Below, piece by piece: positions 36,395-46,005 of a stretch of 64,000 nucleotides of DNA. The stretch comes from a virus: positions 1 to 64,000 of the IMG/VR virus record IMGVR_UViG_3300009701_000004; one strand, written 5' to 3'. Positions within the stretch are counted from its first letter, which is position 1. Every line of letters begins with the position of its first letter. Both the position numbers and the translations under genes were made by a program. Below the pieces are notes generated by a model. The model had not been told where the DNA came from. It saw nothing but the letters and a program-made list of their open reading frames with translations, and made no database searches.

Positions 36395-36529
36395 AGTCAG
36401 ATTTTAAACTATTGCAATGTTTTTTGGTATAAGAAACTTAGAAGACAAACATCTTCAATCAAAAACTCACTGCTCTTTTAATCTCATGTAAACTTCAACT
36501 AACCTCATACTCAAAAAGGAGGAAGTGAA

Positions 36530-36811
36530 ATGCACAGTGTTAATTCACATATGTACCCGGATGTACCTACGGGGGTATTTAGGGCCGAGTTCGTAGATAA
36601 TCTCGGTGACTGGGATGGATACTCATATGCCATCAATAAGGGGGACTTGCTCAAGGATATTAGGGCAAGAACGGAAACAATGGGTGACAAACTCATTTCT
36701 GAACCCAAAGTGGTGTTGGTCCCGGTCGGGTTAACGGTAGAAATTCATAAGGCTAAAGGTCATACAATGAGAACTAACCGTGACCTGGCGTACAAGAAAA
36801 GAACGCACTAA
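36530..36811 (+). CDS. hypothetical protein
   Basis: SD AGGAGG; TGGTATAAG at 36425-36433. Confidence 0.75.
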   Translation: MHSVNSHMYPDVPTGVFRAEFVDNLGDWDGYSYAINKGDLLKDIRARTETMGDKLISEPKVVLVPVGLTVEIHKAKGHTMRTNRDLAYKKRTH

Positions 36812-36832
36812 TTTTAATCTACGGGAGTAAAA

Positions 36833-37546
36833 ATGAATTCCATGCAAGAAGCTCTTAAGAAGGTAATATCTCAGGCACCACAGCTTCAGCCTCAACCTGA
36901 CGAACGTACAGTAGTTCTTCCCCCATTAACCTTAACCCCAGAAGCACAACGGGAGATTGCAATGAGCAAGGTAATTATTTCTACAGAAATGAGTCCAAAA
37001 ACTGCAATCTGGGAACTCATGAAGGACCGGAAACCGTACACTTGTCAAGAGGTATCGTTGTTGTTGGAGCAGGCCGGGTTCTCTGCGAAGACAATTACTA
37101 ACTGTTTCTATGCGCTACGTAACGAGGGCTGGTTTACCAAGTTCCCGAACGGATCCCCCAGGAATAGTTCGTATACTTTGTCTGTAACTACTAAAAGGCC
37201 TAACGACGGGGGCAAGACCTATACTCGCCGTGCTTCGAGAAGTAACAAGGTTATTAAAAAGGGAGAAGTAACAGTTCTGCGCAGTGGCGAGTTCACTGCA
37301 ACTGTTCAGGAAATGAACGATTCGTATCTTGAAGCCAAAAGGGGCGAAGCGATTCCTTCTAAGAACGTTCCGATTCCGCCCATTGCAGTGCCGGTCAAAT
37401 CTCTAGAAAAACCAGCAGAGGAGTTTGCCGGTATTGTAGAAGTAATGATAACCATCGATGGTCGGCAATACACGGAGGCCAATGCTAGAAAGATATACGA
37501 GGCTCTTCACAAAACCTTCGGGGCGTTGGGCTTGAATTACAATTGA
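36833..37546 (+). CDS. hypothetical protein, possible winged-helix DNA-binding domain
   Basis: AIWELMKDRKPYTCQEVSLLL...TITNCFYALRNEGWF pattern; terminator at 37586-37611. Confidence 0.55.
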   Translation: MNSMQEALKKVISQAPQLQPQPDERTVVLPPLTLTPEAQREIAMSKVIISTEMSPKTAIWELMKDRKPYTCQEVSLLLEQAGFSAKTITNCFYALRNEGWFTKFPNGSPRNSSYTLSVTTKRPNDGGKTYTRRASRSNKVIKKGEVTVLRSGEFTATVQEMNDSYLEAKRGEAIPSKNVPIPPIAVPVKSLEKPAEEFAGIVEVMITIDGRQYTEANARKIYEALHKTFGALGLNYN

Positions 37547-37687
37547 ACATGAGTAGTGAGTAGTAGGTAGTAAAGACGTTCCCTTAGACCCAGAGTACCG
37601 GGTCTTTTTTTGCTTAAAAATTTCAACAAATACTACGAAATTGGTAAAAGAAAAGTACCTTAACTATAATTATAATCGAGATAAAAC

Positions 37688-38932
37688 ATGGCCATGCTCA
37701 GACCTGAAAATATATTGAACCTTTATACCCCTTCACCTCCGTCTCCCCCCGATTTTTTGAGAGAGACAGGTGCAGGATTCGGAGAAGTAGATCCTAATAA
37801 TCGCACATTCTCACAATATATGTATAGAGATGTTGTGAATGCACTTACTCAACCAGTTAATCCCCCTACCACACCTACTATCAATATGGAAACTCCAACA
37901 ATTCCCCATCTTACAAACACCGTATTTACTTTAGCTGCAAGAGAGCAGCAGGACAGGCTAATTCGTCGCCTGAAACAATTGTATACCGTTTATGATTCCT
38001 CAGTAATTGCTTGCAATGAATACCCGAATTCAATTAGTTTTGGGGCAAATATAGAACACCCGTCGTTAGAGGTTTTGGTAAATACAGAAGCTGTTTTTGA
38101 AAAAATTGATTTCAATAGCCTATTGGAAGGGTTGGAAAGATTGCCTTCCAATACTTCCAATTCTTATAGTTTTTTAACTACCTTCAGGAATCATACATAT
38201 AGGGTTAATCTATATATGGTCAACGGTGCTACTATGATGTATACCCGTAGATTTCTTGGTTACAAACCCTCTTATTTCGTGTATAAGAAAATTCTTAAAC
38301 GAAATTACAATATGGATTTGGAATTAGGAGGTCTATATCTAAATACAACTATTGCAGGAGAAAATAGAAAAATTCTTATAGACCGTAGCCCTACTGGCCT
38401 TCAAAATCTAGTAGGTATTTATGAATCTCATAATTTAAGCTCATTGAGATTTGAAGATTTTATATCTCAACTTGGACAATGCAGACTTGCACATAGACAA
38501 ATGTTTTCGGAAGATGACATTGAGACGGCTGACCCCTTGTTGATGAATGTTTCAATATATAGGAAATTTCTGGAAACTATTAGAAATCCCTCCATATATT
38601 TTCACAGCCTCCCATTTACGGAAATTACTCCTGGACAAGCTAAGGCGAATGCCGATAACGCCCTGGACAGGTATTACCCTAGTATTAAGGAATATCTTAA
38701 GCAAGAGGAAGGAAGTGTTAAATTGAATAGGATGATTGAAGACAGATTTGCGGCTTTGCCAAATATTACCGATCCTGAAGGCTTAAATGCTTTTATCAGT
38801 AAACTTCGTAATATGGTGAATTCGGAATCGGAATTCCTGCAATTAGTTCTTGGAAGTAATGCAGCAAATCTGGAAAGTCTCATTGATAAATGTAACAAGA
38901 AACATGGATTTGCTGTACCCTTAGCAGCGTAA
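37688..38932 (+). CDS. hypothetical protein, possibly a degenerate nucleotidyltransferase fold
   Basis: TGGTAAAAG at 37642-37650; weak SFG...EVLV and RVNL segments without the acidic catalytic residues. Confidence 0.5.
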   Translation: MAMLRPENILNLYTPSPPSPPDFLRETGAGFGEVDPNNRTFSQYMYRDVVNALTQPVNPPTTPTINMETPTIPHLTNTVFTLAAREQQDRLIRRLKQLYTVYDSSVIACNEYPNSISFGANIEHPSLEVLVNTEAVFEKIDFNSLLEGLERLPSNTSNSYSFLTTFRNHTYRVNLYMVNGATMMYTRRFLGYKPSYFVYKKILKRNYNMDLELGGLYLNTTIAGENRKILIDRSPTGLQNLVGIYESHNLSSLRFEDFISQLGQCRLAHRQMFSEDDIETADPLLMNVSIYRKFLETIRNPSIYFHSLPFTEITPGQAKANADNALDRYYPSIKEYLKQEEGSVKLNRMIEDRFAALPNITDPEGLNAFISKLRNMVNSESEFLQLVLGSNAANLESLIDKCNKKHGFAVPLAA

Positions 38933-39018
38933 CGTAAAAAGTAAAGGGCCTCTGCCAAGGGGTCTTTTTTAGCTAAAAAAACATCCTCTTCTACTGAAGA
39001 TGTTTCCCCCTTACATTT

Positions 39019-39123
39019 CTACTTCTTTTTGTTTCTATTTCTTATATACACTACTGCTACCATAACTATTACCAATGAATACATTATGGTTAGATGATTA
39101 TCTTTCAAGAATTGGACAAACAT
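39019..39123 (-). CDS. 34-aa single-pass membrane peptide (not in the ORF track)
   Basis: MFVQFLKDNHLTIMYSLVIVMVAVVYIRNRNKKK; SD AAGGAG; minus-strand TGGTATAAG at 39152-39160. Confidence 0.65.
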   Translation of the reverse strand: MFVQFLKDNHLTIMYSLVIVMVAVVYIRNRNKKK

Positions 39124-39178
39124 TGAATCTCCTTTTTAAGTTATATACTTACTTATACCAAATCGAATGGTCGAAGTT

Positions 39179-39185
39179 TAAAATA
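39179..39185 (+). promoter_or_regulatory. TAAAATA late motif on the plus strand
   Basis: Same motif as the minus-strand virion operons, 5 nt before ATG39191. Confidence 0.6.
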
Positions 39186-39190
39186 TAGGT

Positions 39191-40234
39191 ATGTTTAAAG
39201 ACCAAACCCCCATCCTGTTAACCCGACAAATCCATGATGCTAAACGAGCAGGGCTGCATTATGACATCCGGTTGGTTCTTGGGGATAAAGCCTATTCATG
39301 GGCGACCCGCAGAGACATGCCAAAATTAGGGGAAACTATAAATATATATGAGCAACCAGTTCACGATTCCTCATACGCCCTACGTAAATATATCTATATA
39401 CCTCCTGGCAATTACGGTGCGGGGACTACGACATTAGATTTTGTCCGCAAAGCAGTTGCTCATAATAAAGAAAACTTCAAAGGTAAATTCACTTTAACTG
39501 TCCCTTCTATTGGAGAGAGATATTTATTCAGGAAAGTTCCCAGTTATGGAGAAAATACTTGGATACTCAAAAATTTACCGCCTAAAGTAGAGACTGAAAC
39601 TACTGAGAAAATAGAAAAACTAGCCACGATTATGCCTAACAAATATTTAACAAAAATAGCTTCTGACCTTGCCAAAGCGGAGCAATACGAAAAATCCGAG
39701 AAGAAAGAAGTACGTATGTATTCCAAGGAAGAGAAGGAGGCTGATTGCCCTGATCTTAAAGAAAAGCTTAGGGAAATTATCCCCCAAGAGAAAGAGCACG
39801 CTAAGAAGTTTGAATCAGTTGTTAAAGCTGAGGAGAAAGAGAAGCAGGCTTCGATGGCCTACGAAGACCCATCTCCTGCTGTTGCGGTTGCTCTTACCGG
39901 AGGAATTCCTATAGGGGGAGGTTTAATTTTAATACCTAAATCTAGATTTAAAAATGGAATACCTAAAGCAGCAGTAGTTTCTAAGGATTCTGTTATGATG
40001 TTAATTCCCGATGTATTAAGCCATTTCAGTAAGGAGGCCTTTACCTCTCTTACTAAAAAAGCGTCCATTAATATCAAACCTTCTCATAAAGGTCTTTTGC
40101 ATAAAAAGCTAGGTCTCAAACCCAATTCCCCAATCTCTGAATCTACTTTGGAATCTGCAGGTAAAGATGCTACTGGAAAATTGAAGAAAGAGATTGTGTT
40201 TGCAGAAAATGCTAGAAAGTGGCATCATAGTTAA
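39191..40234 (+). CDS. LigD-type 3'-phosphoesterase domain fused to tagged virion-type segments
   Basis: QIHDAKRAGLHYDIRL...SWA...H...Y...GNYGAG matches the LigD phosphoesterase signature; then PNKYLTKIA, ferritin-like EKEH helices and a basic C-terminus. Confidence 0.75.
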   Translation: MFKDQTPILLTRQIHDAKRAGLHYDIRLVLGDKAYSWATRRDMPKLGETINIYEQPVHDSSYALRKYIYIPPGNYGAGTTTLDFVRKAVAHNKENFKGKFTLTVPSIGERYLFRKVPSYGENTWILKNLPPKVETETTEKIEKLATIMPNKYLTKIASDLAKAEQYEKSEKKEVRMYSKEEKEADCPDLKEKLREIIPQEKEHAKKFESVVKAEEKEKQASMAYEDPSPAVAVALTGGIPIGGGLILIPKSRFKNGIPKAAVVSKDSVMMLIPDVLSHFSKEAFTSLTKKASINIKPSHKGLLHKKLGLKPNSPISESTLESAGKDATGKLKKEIVFAENARKWHHS

Positions 40235-40237
40235 ACA

Positions 40238-41137
40238 ATGTATCCTCGCCATACCTATAAATCAAACACAGTTACCTCCTGGACTGAACTTAAAGATCCT
40301 GTCGCAACTCCTAAGTATGATGGGGCGAACTTCCACATGGTTATTGATAGTATAGGTAAGGTTAGGCTATTCTCACGAGCTAAAGCTGTTGACGGAACAT
40401 ACCCTGAGCGCACTGAACAGTTGCCGCAATTGACTTCAAAGTTATTGCCTCAATTCGCAGGCCATGTGTATAACGTAGAATTGATCCATACGGGCCACAG
40501 TTCTCATAACAAAGAATCACATGGCAAAGTCAGTGGAATACTCAATTCCTTAACACCCAGGTCTCTGGAGACTCAAAAAGCTGAGGGCCCAATACGCGCT
40601 GTACTTATCAATGTTACAAATCCTGAATTACCTACTTACAGGGATAAGCTTCTTCATTTGAAAGAAGTAGAAAAAGCTTTCGGAAACTCTTCCCTGATGT
40701 TTGTCCCCACTCCCGCCATAGATAAGCAGGGCATTGTAAACCTAATACATTCAACCAAAATCTCGGGACGAGAAGGCGTTATAGTCACAAGTTTAACAGA
40801 ACCTGAATATAAGAATCCCCGTATCAAAATTGTCCACACCAATATGTACAACCTCAGAGTCGTCAGGGTGAATCAAGAAATTGATATCACAGGTAAGCCT
40901 AAAGATTCTATGGGGTCTTTAACCGTAGTCGATGCAGTCGGCAGAATAGTCGGCAATGTTGGTACCGGTTTTAGCCGTGAAGATAGAATAGATGCTTGGG
41001 AAAACAAAGGGAAATGGGTCGGCAAATTAATCCAGGTTAAAGCCAGAGGCATTGTACGGGAGGAAGGTCTGTTAAAAGCTCCAGTGTACAACGGTTTTAG
41101 CGACGGTGAAATAGACACTGTAAACTTCAACTACTAA
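40238..41137 (+). CDS. minimal ATP-dependent DNA ligase
   Basis: Motif I PKYDG, LFSR, EGVIV, OB-domain GNVGTGFS. Confidence 0.85.
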   Translation: MYPRHTYKSNTVTSWTELKDPVATPKYDGANFHMVIDSIGKVRLFSRAKAVDGTYPERTEQLPQLTSKLLPQFAGHVYNVELIHTGHSSHNKESHGKVSGILNSLTPRSLETQKAEGPIRAVLINVTNPELPTYRDKLLHLKEVEKAFGNSSLMFVPTPAIDKQGIVNLIHSTKISGREGVIVTSLTEPEYKNPRIKIVHTNMYNLRVVRVNQEIDITGKPKDSMGSLTVVDAVGRIVGNVGTGFSREDRIDAWENKGKWVGKLIQVKARGIVREEGLLKAPVYNGFSDGEIDTVNFNY

Positions 41138-41195
41138 TCCTCATTGTGGTATAAGTATATAGTAATACCTAACTACTCATCCGAGGAAATTTTCA

Positions 41196-41453
41196 ATGAC
41201 CTACTTGTTAATGTTTGTCTCTTTAATAAACCTAATTATACTTGTAAGATACGGGTTTACTATTTACAATATCAAAGAAGAGCATCAATATTTAAGAAAA
41301 ACCTTTGCTGCAAATCTTGAACTTGAAAACAAACGTTACAATGAACTACTACAAGAGGTATGGAGGATAAAATCAAATGCTGAACAAAATAAAACAAGCA
41401 GTGGCACGTATGATATATCCCGATTCGAAAAAGGAAGAAACGAGAAAAACTGA
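41196..41453 (+). CDS. small membrane-anchored coiled-coil protein
   Basis: N-terminal hydrophobic helix; TGGTATAAG at 41147-41155. Confidence 0.7.
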   Translation: MTYLLMFVSLINLIILVRYGFTIYNIKEEHQYLRKTFAANLELENKRYNELLQEVWRIKSNAEQNKTSSGTYDISRFEKGRNEKN

Positions 41454-41538
41454 GGCGTATCTTCAGGCTAAACAGCGTGCAAAAGAACGGCGGCAAAAAC
41501 GGGAATCAGAAAAAAATCAAACTTTTGACTTCACGTAA
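41377..41538 (+). CDS. 53-aa basic protein overlapping the previous gene (not in the ORF track)
   Basis: SD GGAGGA; MLNKIKQAVARMIYPDSKKEETRKTEAYLQAKQRAKERRQKRESEKNQTFDFT; ends at the terminator. Confidence 0.5.
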   Translation: MLNKIKQAVARMIYPDSKKEETRKTEAYLQAKQRAKERRQKRESEKNQTFDFT

Positions 41539-41545
41539 AAGATAG

Positions 41546-41575
41546 AAAAAAGCCCGAATTAATCGGGCTTTTTTA
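41546..41575. terminator. bidirectional terminator
   Basis: AAAAAAGCCCGA/TCGGGCTTTTTT. Confidence 0.85.
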
Positions 41576-41581
41576 GTTTAC

Positions 41582-43129
41582 TTATCCTGTGAAATACGTG
41601 CTACCATCAGAGAAAGTTAGCAATATAGCACCGTGTATTCCCCGTTTTACTTGAGTTATGATTTTACCAGTTAATGCCGTTGAAACTTGAGTAAGGGCAG
41701 CCATAGTATGAACATTTCTAGTAGGATTGCCTAGATACACACTATCCAAAGAATATCCGTAAGATCCCGCCAGCCCCAATAGAGCATGCTCTACATACAC
41801 CCGTTTTATTTGTATTGCCTGATAATTGGGGTCGGTAGAATTGTAAAAAATACTTGATACATTTTCAAATCCCCATTCTGAAACAACTATTGGTAATGCA
41901 GCCCCACCCGCTTGGACCATTGTTAATTTAGCTCTAACTACTTGATTCTTTACATCAGTAGTTACATTAGTCATATACGCCGTAGAATACTGTTCTAAAG
42001 CATCATAAGGATGTATACTTACTTCATCTAACCATTGGTACCCAGTTTTATTTTGTACAGAATCAACCGCTGTTAAAAAATTAGCAAAATGATTTAAATT
42101 ACTAGTCCCATAAGTCATGGGGTAAGCAGATATGAATCCACATCCTGCAATTTTTATCAAGGGGTCTACTGCTTTGGCAGCAGTATTTATAATTCTCGCT
42201 ACGTCACAAAGTTGACTGGCAGTTCCTATCCAGTAATATCCGCTAACTTGGCCTATTGATGCCCCACTGGCTCCGAAAGTTGGTTCATTCCAAACTTCCA
42301 AAGTATCTATTAATCTGGTTCCTGACGGAAAATGTAGACCGGTTACAGGATTAACTAAACTACTAGCGTTTACGTTATATCTAGTCACTAAAGCTGTGAT
42401 GAATCCCCAGAGCCCCACATTAGGAGTGTTCAAAGTAAGTCCCGTAGCTGTTAAAGGGGAACTACCTCCATTATAATTATTATAGATAGAGTCTGCAACG
42501 GTAGGATATTGAGCGTAGTTTACTGGGGTGCCATAAACGGTATGGAATATTTTACGTCCCATACCCGCATGATACAATATGCATTCATCTAACGCCGCCC
42601 AGTTATAATTACCTGAACCATCTCCAGGATCAATAGAGTACCACCTTATATGCCCGTTGCCTACCAATCCGCTACCTCTATAATCATGGGTGCGAATAGC
42701 TTCTATCCCGGATGGTAATGCAGGTATGTTAGGCCCACCCGTTGTTACAATAGACACGGTTGGCGCTATGGACTGATAGTCCCCCGGATTGGTAATAACT
42801 ATATTTGTTATAGCTCCAGTGGTTTGGTTTATAACGGGATATCCGGTAGCTTGACGAGTTTTTGGATCTCCTCCGCTAAACACTACTGCCACCCACCATT
42901 GAGTAGTATTACCATTGGAATACCCCGCACCTTGCCTAGTAACAGTTACTGAAAGAACCCCGTTTGTCAAACTAGCAGTTGCTAAAGCTGTGGTAGTAAC
43001 AGGGTACACTCCGGTCCCGATAGAGTTATTATGCATACCTATAAATTGACTCGGCACCGTTACCGGTAAAGAAACCGTAGTATCATTGTAAAAGGTAGTA
43101 GATGTAGTAGTAGCCGTGTAAGACGTCAT
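41582..43129 (-). CDS. virion-associated clan GH-A glycoside hydrolase (GH39/GH5-like)
   Basis: YNWAALD, EVWNEP (acid/base), SIHPY, VSEWG (nucleophile); late operon. Confidence 0.75.
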   Translation of the reverse strand: MTSYTATTTSTTFYNDTTVSLPVTVPSQFIGMHNNSIGTGVYPVTTTALATASLTNGVLSVTVTRQGAGYSNGNTTQWWVAVVFSGGDPKTRQATGYPVINQTTGAITNIVITNPGDYQSIAPTVSIVTTGGPNIPALPSGIEAIRTHDYRGSGLVGNGHIRWYSIDPGDGSGNYNWAALDECILYHAGMGRKIFHTVYGTPVNYAQYPTVADSIYNNYNGGSSPLTATGLTLNTPNVGLWGFITALVTRYNVNASSLVNPVTGLHFPSGTRLIDTLEVWNEPTFGASGASIGQVSGYYWIGTASQLCDVARIINTAAKAVDPLIKIAGCGFISAYPMTYGTSNLNHFANFLTAVDSVQNKTGYQWLDEVSIHPYDALEQYSTAYMTNVTTDVKNQVVRAKLTMVQAGGAALPIVVSEWGFENVSSIFYNSTDPNYQAIQIKRVYVEHALLGLAGSYGYSLDSVYLGNPTRNVHTMAALTQVSTALTGKIITQVKRGIHGAILLTFSDGSTYFTG

Positions 43130-44373
43130 GAAGCACTCATAGTTAATCGAACATTAGCAGTCATGGACAGCCCGGCTGGAATAGCATTTCCCATAAACGT
43201 GACACTAAATTGCTCATTAGGACGAATCATAACTTCCTTAGAGTGCAAAGCTCCCCCAAAATATATAGTTTTTCCGGGATTATACACAGGGGAAGTAGTC
43301 GAAGGAACCCATAGATTACCTTGGTATATAACGTTTCTAGTCCCAGAAGTGGTAGGATTAGCAGTGTAGTATTGAGCAGTTACTGATCCAAACTGGAATC
43401 CATCTTGAGAGTCAAAATGGCTAGAACTATTCATAGCCGTGGCAGTTTCACCGGTATTTGCAGTAAATCCATGAATTACCTGAAACGGAACATAGGCCCC
43501 GGTCGTGGCAGTAGTTGTTCCTGATAGTTCCAATGCACCTATTCTAGCGTACCCAGTTGTACGAATAACAAATATATCAGTAGGGGTTGCTACTGGGGAA
43601 ATATTTAAAAAGGAATAATTGAAAGTATCCCTCATAGATTCTGTACTTACTGGCTGATCCACGGAGACAACGCCCGATATCTGGTTAGTCTTTATAACCC
43701 CAGTAGAATTAGCCGTACTATAGACGTTGGCTCTAACCTGGAAAGCTGTAAACCCTTGAGTGTTGAATCTGTAAATGCCGGTTGCACCAATACCTGTTAA
43801 AGGTGGACCGTTGTTAGTTTCCGAACTTACATATGTTTGAACGCCGTATAGAGGACCAACCCATATCGGGCTAGAGGAATCTAAAGTTCCATAGCATTGT
43901 AATTGGCTTCCAGAACCAAGAGAGTCTACGCTCAAGACTACAGAACCTGCACCATTTAAATTGAGGATTTGGCTACCTGTAGCATTATTAGATGAATATG
44001 AACTAGATAGAGTGAAAGCTTGGGTTGTATCGGTAGCTGCAGTCACTCCGGTAAGTGTCATGCTTCCTGATTGTACTGCAACTGGTACGGTTTGGTCACT
44101 GGCTACAACTACGGGAAGAGAACTAGCTGATACTGCAGAACCTAGGGAAGAAGGTAAGACCCCACTTGCACCGCCGCCTCCACTCCCGACAGTGGGGTCG
44201 GTCCAACCGGTAACAGATATTAATCCTTCAAATTGAGATAATGCAAAATTTTGATACAGTAAATCTTGGTTATTTATAGTTAAAGTACCGTTAGGAGCTA
44301 TAGTATATTTAAAGCCAGCTCGGTTGATGATGTCTACTGGTGTTGTAGAACTTAAGTTTGTGATTAACGCCAT
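43126..44373 (-). CDS. fibre/appendage protein
   Basis: Ser/Thr-rich and beta-rich; N-terminal domain shared with the ORFs at 47685 and 51635. Confidence 0.6.
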   Translation of the reverse strand: MALITNLSSTTPVDIINRAGFKYTIAPNGTLTINNQDLLYQNFALSQFEGLISVTGWTDPTVGSGGGGASGVLPSSLGSAVSASSLPVVVASDQTVPVAVQSGSMTLTGVTAATDTTQAFTLSSSYSSNNATGSQILNLNGAGSVVLSVDSLGSGSQLQCYGTLDSSSPIWVGPLYGVQTYVSSETNNGPPLTGIGATGIYRFNTQGFTAFQVRANVYSTANSTGVIKTNQISGVVSVDQPVSTESMRDTFNYSFLNISPVATPTDIFVIRTTGYARIGALELSGTTTATTGAYVPFQVIHGFTANTGETATAMNSSSHFDSQDGFQFGSVTAQYYTANPTTSGTRNVIYQGNLWVPSTTSPVYNPGKTIYFGGALHSKEVMIRPNEQFSVTFMGNAIPAGLSMTANVRLTMSAS

Positions 44374-44472
44374 TTACCAGTCCTTATTATATAGAGTTAT
44401 TTTAGTATAATTAAAGAATAGGGATATTGATGGTATAATCTTTATGAGACTACAAACCTTATATTAAAAACA

Positions 44473-46005
44473 ATGAATACAGAAGAAGCAATTAAAGTAT
44501 TGAAAGAAATACATAGAGACAAAAATTACTCCTGGGATAAATTTGTCTATGTCAATGCACGCACTAAAGGCATAGTAACTTGTAATGTTGAAGGACACGG
44601 GGACTTTTTAGCCCTATATGATTCCCTCAGAAAAGGTCATGGGTGTAGATTTTGTGGATATCAAACTGCCCGAGTAAGTAAATCTTATACTACAGACGAA
44701 TTCGTAAAACTTGGAAGAGAACGTAATACGGATATGAGAGGAGATACTTATCTGTACGATAAGACCCTTTATGTAAATAGAGAAACCAGGGTTACTATTA
44801 CCTGTAGAATTCACGGAGATTTTTCAGTTTCCCCTGCCAACCATTTGAACAATTTTACGGGGTGTAAGGAATGCGGAAAAATCAAGGCCCACTCTAAATT
44901 CTTAAAGCCTGTTGAACAATTAAAAGAAGAAATATCTAAGATACTGGATCCTGAAAAATACACTCTGGTCAACACGGATAACTATACTAGTAATAAATCT
45001 TACGTAACTATGAATTGTAAGGAACATGGGGACTGGATTACTAAACCTAACTGGATACTAAGTAGAGGCACTGGGTGCGTTAAATGTACTAATTCAGGTA
45101 TATCCAGAGGTGAAACGGAGTTACTTGAGTACATAAAATCTCTAGGGTTTACTGATATAGAACCTGGGGGCAGAAGAATAATCCCTCCTCTAGAAATGGA
45201 TATGGTACTAGAGTCTAAGAAGATAGCTTTCGAATATAACGGTCTGTATTTTCATTCTGAAGCTATGGGTAAAACCGCGGAATACCATTTCGATAAAACG
45301 GTATTAGCTAAAAGAAAAGGGTATAGATTAATACAGATATACGAAGATGAGTGGGTACATAACAAAGACTTGGTGAAGATAAAAATAGCCCACATATTGG
45401 GAGTTAATCCGGGTAAGAAGTTATATGCTAGAAAGTTATTCTTGGATAGGGTTTCTTTTAACGAGGCAAAGACATTTTTTGAAACCAATCATATACAGGG
45501 TTCCCCTCCTAATCATAAGATATGCTATGGACTATTTGAAGACGGAGTATTAGTAGCAGCTATGTCTTTCGGTCCCCTGAGATTCAATGTAGAGAATGCT
45601 CCTGAAAATGCCTATGAATTATACCGGTATGCTACTTCTAAAGTATACTATGTAATAGGAGGATTTTCTCGGCTGCTAAAAAATTTTGTTAGGGATAATA
45701 ATGACATTGGGAAGATTTACAGTTTCTCAGATAGAAGATGGTCTGTAGGAGAAGTATACAAGAATAATGGGTTCTCTTATATTGGATACACTAAGCCAAG
45801 TTATGATTACACCGATAATCAAGCTAGGCGATACAATAGGCAGAATTTTATGAAGCAACGTATGCCAGAGTTAGTTAAAAAAGGTATCTTTAAATCCTTC
45901 GACCCTGATAAAACAGAAGTGGAAAATTGCAAAGACAATAATCTATACAGGATATGGAATTGTGGTATGGACAAATGGGAATTGGATCTGTCTCGTTCAA
46001 TATAG
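44473..46005 (+). CDS. free-standing homing-endonuclease-like protein (CxxHG Zn repeats, Vsr-like nuclease, GNAT-like C-terminal region)
   Basis: Three C..HG...GCxxC repeats, SRGETEL, EMDMVL...AFEYNGLYFHS, ELYRYA...GGFSRLL. Confidence 0.75.
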   Translation: MNTEEAIKVLKEIHRDKNYSWDKFVYVNARTKGIVTCNVEGHGDFLALYDSLRKGHGCRFCGYQTARVSKSYTTDEFVKLGRERNTDMRGDTYLYDKTLYVNRETRVTITCRIHGDFSVSPANHLNNFTGCKECGKIKAHSKFLKPVEQLKEEISKILDPEKYTLVNTDNYTSNKSYVTMNCKEHGDWITKPNWILSRGTGCVKCTNSGISRGETELLEYIKSLGFTDIEPGGRRIIPPLEMDMVLESKKIAFEYNGLYFHSEAMGKTAEYHFDKTVLAKRKGYRLIQIYEDEWVHNKDLVKIKIAHILGVNPGKKLYARKLFLDRVSFNEAKTFFETNHIQGSPPNHKICYGLFEDGVLVAAMSFGPLRFNVENAPENAYELYRYATSKVYYVIGGFSRLLKNFVRDNNDIGKIYSFSDRRWSVGEVYKNNGFSYIGYTKPSYDYTDNQARRYNRQNFMKQRMPELVKKGIFKSFDPDKTEVENCKDNNLYRIWNCGMDKWELDLSRSI

